A stretch of 63,107 bases of DNA from the NCBI GenBank assembly GCA_021767705.1, contig JAASSU010000002.1, positions 1 to 63,107 on the forward strand, given 5' to 3'. Positions within the stretch are counted from its first letter, which is position 1, and every line of letters starts with the position of its first letter. Made by a program: the position numbers and the translations under genes. Below the pieces are notes generated by a model. That model saw only the letters and a program-made list of their open reading frames with translations. It made no database searches and was not told the DNA's origin. Below, one piece after another: positions 20,792 to 28,653 of this stretch. The stretch comes from Bacteroidota bacterium (lineage in GTDB: Bacteria; Bacteroidota; Bacteroidia; Bacteroidales; JAIPAH01).

Positions 20792-22732
20792 TCAAACCAG
20801 CGCCACATCGGTATGGATTTCGAGCAAGGCTGTTCCGTTATGCGACAGTACTTTTCTCATAGCTTCGCTCAGCTCTTTCTTATCGGTGACTTTAACACCC
20901 AGGGCCCCGCAACTGTTGGCGTATCCTGAAAAATCAGGATTGCCCAGGCCGGTGGCAAACACATCCAGCTCACCTGAACGCTGCTCTTTCGATATCTTGC
21001 CAAGCTCATTGTTGTTGAGCAGGATGAGCTTGATGTTCATCCCGTATTTTACGGAGGTGGTAAGCTCGGCCATATACTGGGCAAAGCCCCCGTCGCCGGC
21101 CACTGCCACTATCTGCTTGTTCCCTTTGGTTGCGGCCCAGGCGCCCATGGCCGCCGGAAAAGCAAAGCCAATAGAGCCCAGGTAACCCGACATCAAAAAC
21201 TGCTGGTCTTTACTCTCGAAATAACGCCCCAACGAATAGGCATTATTCCCCACATCCACGCATACAACCGCATTAGCATCAATCAGATCCGACAAATGGC
21301 TAAATACCGTCACGGAATTGATGCCTTTACCGCGGTCTTCGGCCAGCCTCTTATCTTTTTCTTGATGCCAGATTTCCCAGCGCTGTTTTATTTCAGGCCG
21401 CTGGTCTGTAGTGGTCACCTGATCCTTGAGTGCTTCTCTGAAAAGTTTCATGGTGGCAGACAACTCCCCCCACACCGGGGCATCAATTTTATGAAACTTA
21501 CTCAATGCCAAGGGATCCATATCGACCTGGATAGTGGGCTTTTTGGGTGTGATGCCGGTATGGTTGCTGAAAGACGCCCCCAACACAATGAGCAGGTCGC
21601 TTTCGTTCATAAACCACGAAGCGATAGGCGTGCCGCTGCGCCCGAGGACCCCACCGGCCAGCGGATGGTGATCGGAGATAAGGCCTTTGCCTTTGAAAGT
21701 GGTAAGCACCGGAGCGTTCAGTGTTTCAGCAAAAGCGATAATATCTTTCATATGGAATCGTGCCCCGTGGCCTACGATCACCACCGGCCTTTTTGCTTCT
21801 TTGATTAGCCCCAGCGCTTTGTTAAAGCTTCCTTCGGATGGGGAAATGGCATGAGCGCCCAGCCTGCCTTCAGGGGTCTGGGCTTGCTCATTGCCGGCAG
21901 GCAGCTCCTGTATCTCGTCAGGGAAAGTCAGGTGTGAAACATCGCGGTTAATAAGGGCATGTTTAATGGCGAGGGTCGCAAGTTCGGCATGCTGGCTGTC
22001 GCGCTGGATACGGTGATTGAATCCGGCTACCGTATTAAAAGCCCTCACCAGGTCCACTTCCTGGAAATTTCCTGTGCCCACGACCTGTGTAGCCACTTGT
22101 CCGGTCAGAGCCAGCAAGGGAGCCCGGTCGACTTTCGCATCCCACATGCCGGTAAACATGTTGGTAGCCCCGGGGCCGGCAATGGAAAAACAGGCTGCCG
22201 GTTTACCCGTAAGTTTCCCATAAGCGCTGGCGGCAAAAGCACCCGCGCCCTCATGACGGATGCCGATATACTTCAGCTTATCTTCTTTCTGTGCCCTCCT
22301 GAGGGCATCGGCCATTCCGAGGTTCGAGTGTCCCACCATTCCGAAAACAGTATCCACACCCCAATTAGCCATCGTTTTCACCATGACATCTGAAAGTGTT
22401 GTCTCATGTGGTTTCTCTTCTTCTATCCCAATGTAAACGCCATCTTCTCTTTCTTCCACAGGGTAAGTATCCACACCATCATCAAAACCCGGTGCTTTCC
22501 CGGTACAGGGGTGGTAATCCCAGCCGTGCCACGGGCAGCGCAGGATGCCGTTCTCAATGCTTCCCTCGCCAAGCGGGCCTCCCTGGTGCGGGCAATGGTT
22601 GTCGAGGGCGCATATCTTCCCTTCGTAATGTGACAGGGCTATTTGCTTTTTGCCGGCTGTTACGGTCATTACACGGCCGGCGGCCAATTCAGATTTGTTT
22701 TCGAGTACTTTTATCCAGTTCATAGGCTTCAT
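20792..22732 (-). CDS. Rieske [2Fe-2S] domain fused to a thiamine-diphosphate enzyme (PoxB/ALS/Xsc superfamily)
   Basis: Residues 47-69 read CPH-x16-CPWH (Rieske ligands). The TPP N-terminal domain follows (GVDTVFGMVGHSN..., GPGATNM), then the central domain, then the C-terminal ThDP-binding motif GDGGFAQY...LNNN. Confidence 0.85.
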   Translation of the reverse strand: MKPMNWIKVLENKSELAAGRVMTVTAGKKQIALSHYEGKICALDNHCPHQGGPLGEGSIENGILRCPWHGWDYHPCTGKAPGFDDGVDTYPVEEREDGVYIGIEEEKPHETTLSDVMVKTMANWGVDTVFGMVGHSNLGMADALRRAQKEDKLKYIGIRHEGAGAFAASAYGKLTGKPAACFSIAGPGATNMFTGMWDAKVDRAPLLALTGQVATQVVGTGNFQEVDLVRAFNTVAGFNHRIQRDSQHAELATLAIKHALINRDVSHLTFPDEIQELPAGNEQAQTPEGRLGAHAISPSEGSFNKALGLIKEAKRPVVIVGHGARFHMKDIIAFAETLNAPVLTTFKGKGLISDHHPLAGGVLGRSGTPIASWFMNESDLLIVLGASFSNHTGITPKKPTIQVDMDPLALSKFHKIDAPVWGELSATMKLFREALKDQVTTTDQRPEIKQRWEIWHQEKDKRLAEDRGKGINSVTVFSHLSDLIDANAVVCVDVGNNAYSLGRYFESKDQQFLMSGYLGSIGFAFPAAMGAWAATKGNKQIVAVAGDGGFAQYMAELTTSVKYGMNIKLILLNNNELGKISKEQRSGELDVFATGLGNPDFSGYANSCGALGVKVTDKKELSEAMRKVLSHNGTALLEIHTDVALV

Positions 22733-22755
22733 ATTACAAATATTTTGAAAATTAA

Positions 22756-23616
22756 TTAAATAGCCAGTGTGTAAAGCATAAACAGACCCAAAATGGCGAA
22801 CAGCACCGAAATGCTGACCTTCATTTTGTCTTCGGGCACCTTGCTTTGCAGTTTAGCACCAATCTGACCGCCAATGATCACGCCGGGCCCTGTAAAAATA
22901 ATAAGGTTCAATACTTGCTCAAATGTTTCGGGCCCCTGATTGAGGAAAGCTACAAAATGTCCGGCAGATGCTATAAACACGGTAATGACCACTACAAAAA
23001 TGGAAGTCCCCACTGCTACCGGTGGCGGCACTTTACAACGGGCCACCAGGTGGTATTCCTGCAACTCGGCCAGCCCTACTGATATCATGCCCAAAAAGCC
23101 TCCTCCGATGGCTGCAAACGATCGGCCCATATTTTTGTTGCACACCGTGTAGTGGTACACATTGCCCTTGCCATCGGTAAGCTCGCTTTCGTAGGTTTTA
23201 TAAAATTCATGCTGCCTTTCTTTTTCCTTTTTCTCGCGTTCTTCCTTGCGCCATGAATTGTAAAGCTGAAAGCCGATAAAAACCAATCCCACCGCAAAAA
23301 CAGCTTTAAGGATAACCGGAGGGACTGCTTCGCTGTAGACAGCCCCCAGTATGGCAAAGGGAACGGAAAAAATCAACAGGTTGATGGCCAGCTTATAATC
23401 GACCAGCCGGGATCGCATGTAGGCGATGGCCCCTGATGTAAACCCAAAAAATTCGGTGGCCAGGGCCGTTCCTATTGCAACCGTGGGGTCGAGCCGCAAA
23501 GCCAGGATAAACAGTGGCGAAAAAAATACCGCCCCGCCCACACCGCTCGACATGGCGATTGTGGCTATCAGAATCGACAAGGGAAACAAGTACCAGAATT
23601 CAAGCGCGAGTTCCAT
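22756..23616 (-). CDS. TauE/SafE-family anion (sulfite/organosulfonate) exporter
   Basis: 286-aa protein with 4+4 TM helices, glycine-rich helices (SSGVGGAVFFSP, GGGFLGMISVG) and a charged central loop of about 45 aa. Confidence 0.8.
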   Translation of the reverse strand: MELALEFWYLFPLSILIATIAMSSGVGGAVFFSPLFILALRLDPTVAIGTALATEFFGFTSGAIAYMRSRLVDYKLAINLLIFSVPFAILGAVYSEAVPPVILKAVFAVGLVFIGFQLYNSWRKEEREKKEKERQHEFYKTYESELTDGKGNVYHYTVCNKNMGRSFAAIGGGFLGMISVGLAELQEYHLVARCKVPPPVAVGTSIFVVVITVFIASAGHFVAFLNQGPETFEQVLNLIIFTGPGVIIGGQIGAKLQSKVPEDKMKVSISVLFAILGLFMLYTLAI

Positions 23617-23619
23617 AAC

Positions 23620-24426
23620 CTATAATTTTTGATGTAGATATCCGTTAGCGGCTTCCTGGATAAAACTTTGAATCATTTGATTGTCAGTTTTCAGATTTTG
23701 CCCAGTGAGGCGGTTGAGGGTTAAAACAGATCCTTTCCATGCCCCGTTGGTTATCCACTGTCCATCAGAAAGCCCTGCTAATTTTTTATAGTCTATCTCT
23801 GTTCCGGAAGCATATCCGGCAAGGTAGAAATAGGATTGTCCAGCCATGCTGTCTTCCATAGCCAGGCCAAAACCAATACCGAAGCCAGGGCTTACCTGCG
23901 CATACACTCCCGTGTCGAAGTGGTGGGGCCAGATACGTATCTCACTTTCAGCCTGTAAAAACCCCAGGAAATGGAGGCAGGCTTCATTGGCAAGCTGACG
24001 GAAATAGCTCCATTTTTGGATACCACTCTCATTGATGTCGTTTGAAGCTATGCGCCCTATTTTGTAATCGGGGATTTCAAAATGCAGTTCCCGGAATATT
24101 TTTTCCGCCGGAAGCCCTACCGACTGTGGATAAACTGAAACGTCCTGTTCGATTTCCTGCATGGTTTTGTTGAAAACCGAAATAGTGTCCTTTATGCCGA
24201 GATGCTGATCCATCCATTCAAAATGCATGGCTCTGACATTCAACGCAAGAAAGATTTTTTGCTGCTTGTGTTCCACCCAGCGGCCCGTAAGTTTGCCCGA
24301 TACCGGATCGAAATAAAGATTGGTGTGGCTGTCGTCTTCTTTTTCGGGCAGAAAAGCCCTGTTGGTCTTGGCAAGCACCTGGCTGAGCCAGTGTACCTGC
24401 CGGTCTGTCTTATTGTATTCCTGCAT
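23620..24426 (-). CDS. Hypothetical protein (no family recognised), embedded in the operon
   Basis: 268-aa ORF, soluble-looking. Its start overlaps the upstream gene's 3' end by 17 nt, and its stop lies 3 nt before the tauE-like start. Confidence 0.65.
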   Translation of the reverse strand: MQEYNKTDRQVHWLSQVLAKTNRAFLPEKEDDSHTNLYFDPVSGKLTGRWVEHKQQKIFLALNVRAMHFEWMDQHLGIKDTISVFNKTMQEIEQDVSVYPQSVGLPAEKIFRELHFEIPDYKIGRIASNDINESGIQKWSYFRQLANEACLHFLGFLQAESEIRIWPHHFDTGVYAQVSPGFGIGFGLAMEDSMAGQSYFYLAGYASGTEIDYKKLAGLSDGQWITNGAWKGSVLTLNRLTGQNLKTDNQMIQSFIQEAANGYLHQKL

Positions 24427-26017
24427 AGTTAATTCCTGTTAATTGGTGTATTGAATAATCGATAGTTGAAAGATCGTCTGCGTTAAACTGCGTAACGGAT
24501 GAATAACCACAGGCTCTTGCAATGACCTTCATAAGCTCGTTGCTGGCATCAAAAAAGTTGTGCAGTTGCTTTGCCGAATTTTGTACGATGATGCGGTTCC
24601 TGAGGTTTTCTTTTTGTGTGGCAATCCCCACCGGGCAATTGTTGGTGTGGCAGGCCCTCATGCCGAGGCAGCCGATAGCCTGCAGGGCCGCGTTAGATAC
24701 TGCGATGGCATCGGCCCCCAACATCAGTGCTTTAGCAAAGTCATCAGCCACACGGAGGCCACCGGTAACAATGAGTGTGACATCACCGGCCTCTTTCTTA
24801 TCGAGATGTTTCCGTGCCCTGGCAAGTGCCGGGATCGTGGGCACGTTGATGTTGTTACGCAGGATGGAGGGCGCGGCTCCTGTTCCGCCGCCACGGCCAT
24901 CGAGTATAATGTAATCGGCAGAAGCTTCGAGGGCAAAATCAATATCGGCTTCTAGGTGGCTTGCCGCGATTTTAAACCCCACGGGAATCCCTCCGGTTTC
25001 TTCCCTGACCCGGTCGGCCAGCTCTTTGAAATCGGCAGGGGTATTCAAGTCGGGGAAAGCAGCCGGCGAAATGGCGGCCTGTCCTTCTTCCAATCCCCTG
25101 ACAGAAGCTATCTCGCCGGTGACCTTGTGCCCGGGAAGGTGCCCGCCGGTGCCGGTTTTTGCTCCCTGACCTCCCTTGAAGTGGAAGGCCTGTACTTTTC
25201 TGACCTTGTCCCACGAAAAACCAAACTTCCCGGACGCCAACTCATAAAAGTAACGTGAATTGCTTTGCTGTTCTTCAGGCAACATACCCCCTTCGCCACT
25301 GGCAATGCCGGTACCGGCCATTTCAGCGCCTTTAGCAAGGGCTATCTTGGCTTCGCGCGATAAGGCCCCGAAGCTCATGTCCGACACAAAAACAGGCATG
25401 TCGAGCACTAAAGGTTTTTGGGCGCGAGGGCCGATCACCACCTTAGTATCCACCTTGTCGTTGTCCATCAAAGGTTTCCGCGACAGTTGCGCCGGCAGAA
25501 ACTGAATCTGCTCCCACTTCGGAAGGGTGTTTCTGTCCACTCCCATTGCCTCGGTAGAGCCGTGGTGGCCGACATTCTTCAGCCCGTTACGGGCCAACTC
25601 CTGGATATATCCGGTAAAAGGCTCGGTATCCTCGGGGTGCGTATCGGCATACTGACCCATATACGCATCGCGATCGAAGGGCTGCGGGTGCTCCTCGGCA
25701 AATGCCTCCACTTCATCGGCATCTACCAGCACCTGGTCGTTCTCCACTTTAGCATAAAACTTTTGCAGGGCCTCCTCGTTGTTGTATTCCGAAACGCCGC
25801 TATCATAGCGGTAATCCCAGAAATGCACCCCGCAGATGAGGTTATCACCTTCGATGTGGCCATCGGCAAGCAGGGCGCCGCGGTGCAGGCAACGGCCATA
25901 CAGCACCGAAATGTTCTCATCGTAGCGTATCACCACTAAATCAACATCTTTGCAGATAGCATGGGCCGGGGCACGGTCTTGCAGTTCCGAAAACTTTAGA
26001 ATGGGTATTAAATTCAT
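24410..26017 (-). CDS. Rieske [2Fe-2S] domain fused to a glutamate-synthase-type FMN domain (GltB domain 2-like)
   Basis: Residues 43-65 read CLH-x16-CGVH. The GltS FMN-domain motifs follow: DMSFGALSREAKIALAKGA, SGEGG, and KGGQGAKTGTGGHLPGHKV. Confidence 0.85.
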   Translation of the reverse strand: MNLIPILKFSELQDRAPAHAICKDVDLVVIRYDENISVLYGRCLHRGALLADGHIEGDNLICGVHFWDYRYDSGVSEYNNEEALQKFYAKVENDQVLVDADEVEAFAEEHPQPFDRDAYMGQYADTHPEDTEPFTGYIQELARNGLKNVGHHGSTEAMGVDRNTLPKWEQIQFLPAQLSRKPLMDNDKVDTKVVIGPRAQKPLVLDMPVFVSDMSFGALSREAKIALAKGAEMAGTGIASGEGGMLPEEQQSNSRYFYELASGKFGFSWDKVRKVQAFHFKGGQGAKTGTGGHLPGHKVTGEIASVRGLEEGQAAISPAAFPDLNTPADFKELADRVREETGGIPVGFKIAASHLEADIDFALEASADYIILDGRGGGTGAAPSILRNNINVPTIPALARARKHLDKKEAGDVTLIVTGGLRVADDFAKALMLGADAIAVSNAALQAIGCLGMRACHTNNCPVGIATQKENLRNRIIVQNSAKQLHNFFDASNELMKVIARACGYSSVTQFNADDLSTIDYSIHQLTGINYAGIQ

Positions 26018-27237
26018 GGTTCCAATTTTAGATTTGTTTTTATTTCAATTTCGGACAAAAGGGTTTTGTGCACCGGGCATTTGTTCGCTATTTCGAGCAG
26101 TTTTTGGCGTTGTTTGTCATCCAACTCCCCAATCAACTCTATTTCCCTTGAAAACTGATCGATACGGCTGCTTTCGTCGTTTTCGCATTTAGCGCAATCT
26201 TCTCCATGCACTTTGTTATGGTCGATGTGCACATTGACCTCATCAAGTTTCCATTTCTTACGGTCGGCATAAATCCTGATGGTCATGGCTGTGCAGGTAG
26301 CCAGGCCTGATGAGACGAGATCGTAAGGGGTTGGGCCAAAATTGTTTCCTCCGTATTTTTCGGGTTCATCCCCGGTCAAAAAATGATCGCCGGCCTTAAT
26401 GGCGGTGGTAAACTTGTTTTCTTCAGTGAGGCTGGCCACCACCTGCCTCTTAGTCTGCGGCCTGGCAGGCTCCTTAAAGTCGATATACCTTTTGGCCCAG
26501 TGGGCAATCACATTACCAATGTAGCGCGAATCACCGCCATCAGAAAGCAGGTGGTCGGCCCCATCAAGAGAAACAAAGCTTTTGGGGTGGCGCGCCGCCT
26601 GGAATATTTTTGCAGCATTCTCTATTTCCACCACCCTGTCTTGTGGCGAGTGGGACACAAGAATGGCTTTGCGGAGGTTTTTCAGCACATCATCCATGTT
26701 GACCGCTTTCAGGTCATCAAGAAATTGTTTTTTGATTTTGAAAGGCCTTCCACCGATGTTTACTTCTGCCATGCCCTTTTCTTCAATATCTTCAAGGCTT
26801 GAAGAAAGTAGTTTGGAAACATGCATCGGGTCGGAGGGGGCACCGATAGTGGCTACGGCATCTACCGTTTTCATGGAGTGGGCCGCATATAAAACCGCAG
26901 CACCGCCCAGCGAATGGCCGATAAGTAGTGAGGGTGCCATGAAATTTTCTTCGAGAAAGCTGGCTGCGGATTTCAGGTCATCGATATTGCTTGAAAAATT
27001 GGTGTCGGAAAAGTCCCCTTCACTGTCGCCCAAGCCCGTAAAATCAAAGCGCATGATACCAAACCCTGCTCCGGTAATGGCCCTGCTTATATTACGTACC
27101 GCCGAAAGGTTTTTTGTGCAGGTAAAGCAGTGTGCAAACAGTGCAAAACCGCCCGGTTTTCGGTCGGCAGGCAGCTCTATCCGGGCATTCAGTTCAATGC
27201 CTTCTTTGTTGGTAAATGTAACTTTCTGACTTTTCAT
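26014..27237 (-). CDS. Bifunctional alpha/beta-hydrolase / OsmC-family protein
   Basis: Nucleophile elbow GHSLGG in the N-terminal half. The C-terminal OsmC-like region includes GLATCTAMTIRIYA and ANKCPVHKTL. I chose the start at MKSQKVTF (27237); the track ORF extends to 27288. Confidence 0.85.
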   Translation of the reverse strand: MKSQKVTFTNKEGIELNARIELPADRKPGGFALFAHCFTCTKNLSAVRNISRAITGAGFGIMRFDFTGLGDSEGDFSDTNFSSNIDDLKSAASFLEENFMAPSLLIGHSLGGAAVLYAAHSMKTVDAVATIGAPSDPMHVSKLLSSSLEDIEEKGMAEVNIGGRPFKIKKQFLDDLKAVNMDDVLKNLRKAILVSHSPQDRVVEIENAAKIFQAARHPKSFVSLDGADHLLSDGGDSRYIGNVIAHWAKRYIDFKEPARPQTKRQVVASLTEENKFTTAIKAGDHFLTGDEPEKYGGNNFGPTPYDLVSSGLATCTAMTIRIYADRKKWKLDEVNVHIDHNKVHGEDCAKCENDESSRIDQFSREIELIGELDDKQRQKLLEIANKCPVHKTLLSEIEIKTNLKLEP

Positions 27238-27291
27238 TGGGTTCTTATTTTTGATAATTCCACATCGTGTTAAACTTATTTTCAGCACATT

Positions 27292-28653
27292 TCAGGCATG
27301 AACCGGCAAACGTCCTTCGGCTACCTGCGAAAAATACCTTTCAATATTTTGTATTCCCTGGTTAATGAGTGGACAGTAAGCCTTGAAAAAAGCCGTTTGT
27401 TCCTGTTCTGAGGATGGGTTTTCACGTTTCCAGTTTTCAAGAACTGCATCGCCGTCATAATCAACAAAACTGAACCTTACCGAAAAATCATCCTCAGGCA
27501 AGAGTAAACTGTTGCCCGGTAACAGGGCCGTATGTTCAACCTCTATCAAATGTTCGCATAAATTAGCGCAGTTGGTTAAACCTATTGTTTTCAGTTCCTC
27601 AGCATACTCGTTAAAATCAACATAAAGATAAAAACCCCCATAAGGCACTGTGGCTTTCACACCGTGTATATTGTTTAATAAACCAGCAGCAATTCGTCCG
27701 ATTGTTGCATGAATGCGTGCCGTATCCGTCATATATTTTTCAACCGCCTCAATCCTGCTGAATCCTGCCAAAGCTGCATATTGAATGGGGGCGGCCACAC
27801 ATGAGTAGGTAGAGCCAGCCACAATCAACACATCCTTGATCAGCTTCTCATTATCCGGGAAAACACCTATCCCGAGCCGATACCCCCCGGCAGAGCGGTC
27901 TTTCGACAGCCCCCCGGTTACGATAGTGCCTTCGGGAAAGATTTTTCCCATGCTGATGAATTTGCTGAAATCGAAAGAAGTCCGCGCATAGATTTCATCG
28001 GCTATTACTATGATGTTGTGTTTCCGGCAAATGGTGGCCAGGGCTTTTAGCTCATCTTCTGTGTAAACGGCACCTGTGGGATTGTTGGGGTTGTTCAGGA
28101 TGAGAATATGCTGATCGTGGCTCGAATTGTTTGCTGCTTTTTCGAGAAGGGCCGGGGTCAGTTTAAAATGGCTGTCTTCGTGCAACCTGATGGGCTGTAC
28201 CTGCTTTTTCAGGATAAGAGCCTGTGGAAGATAGCTGACCCACGATGGGGTGGGTATCAATACGTCCCCTTCCGTAACACTCAAAATAATACTGATTATT
28301 TCTTTGCTTCCCGGGCTGATGATTACCTGGCGGGCCTGGCTCTGCAGCTTGAAAACATCATTGTAGTAATCTGAAACAGCCTTCCTTAATTCGGCAATGC
28401 CCGCCGTGGGCAGGTAGCTGTGCTTATTCGCATTATCTCTGAGCGCATTGATGATTTCAGCAGGAGGCGAAAATGGCGACTGTCCGAAAGCAAAATGATG
28501 ATAAGGTCGGTGGCAGCCTATCTTCGAGCATTTTTCACGATATTTTTTTATCTGGTCGTTGATACGCAGGTTGGCCGGAATGGCGATGCTATCGAGATGA
28601 TGCTCGAGTTTTATTTCCATTTTTTTTCTCTTGTTGAATAAATTAAAAATCAT
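27292..28653 (-). CDS. PLP-dependent aminotransferase, class I/II fold (a C-S lyase cannot be excluded)
   Basis: Motifs NNPNNPTG, ADEIY and the PLP-lysine motif LSKDRSAGGYRLG. The ATG at 28653 overlaps the upstream stop (ATGA). An alternative ATG lies at 28620. Confidence 0.85.
   Translation of the reverse strand: MIFNLFNKRKKMEIKLEHHLDSIAIPANLRINDQIKKYREKCSKIGCHRPYHHFAFGQSPFSPPAEIINALRDNANKHSYLPTAGIAELRKAVSDYYNDVFKLQSQARQVIISPGSKEIISIILSVTEGDVLIPTPSWVSYLPQALILKKQVQPIRLHEDSHFKLTPALLEKAANNSSHDQHILILNNPNNPTGAVYTEDELKALATICRKHNIIVIADEIYARTSFDFSKFISMGKIFPEGTIVTGGLSKDRSAGGYRLGIGVFPDNEKLIKDVLIVAGSTYSCVAAPIQYAALAGFSRIEAVEKYMTDTARIHATIGRIAAGLLNNIHGVKATVPYGGFYLYVDFNEYAEELKTIGLTNCANLCEHLIEVEHTALLPGNSLLLPEDDFSVRFSFVDYDGDAVLENWKRENPSSEQEQTAFFKAYCPLINQGIQNIERYFSQVAEGRLPVHA

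Noticed and set aside
26383-27229. Plus-strand ORFs of 139 aa and 215 aa
   Set aside because: They lie antisense inside the alpha/beta-hydrolase-OsmC gene and have no motifs.
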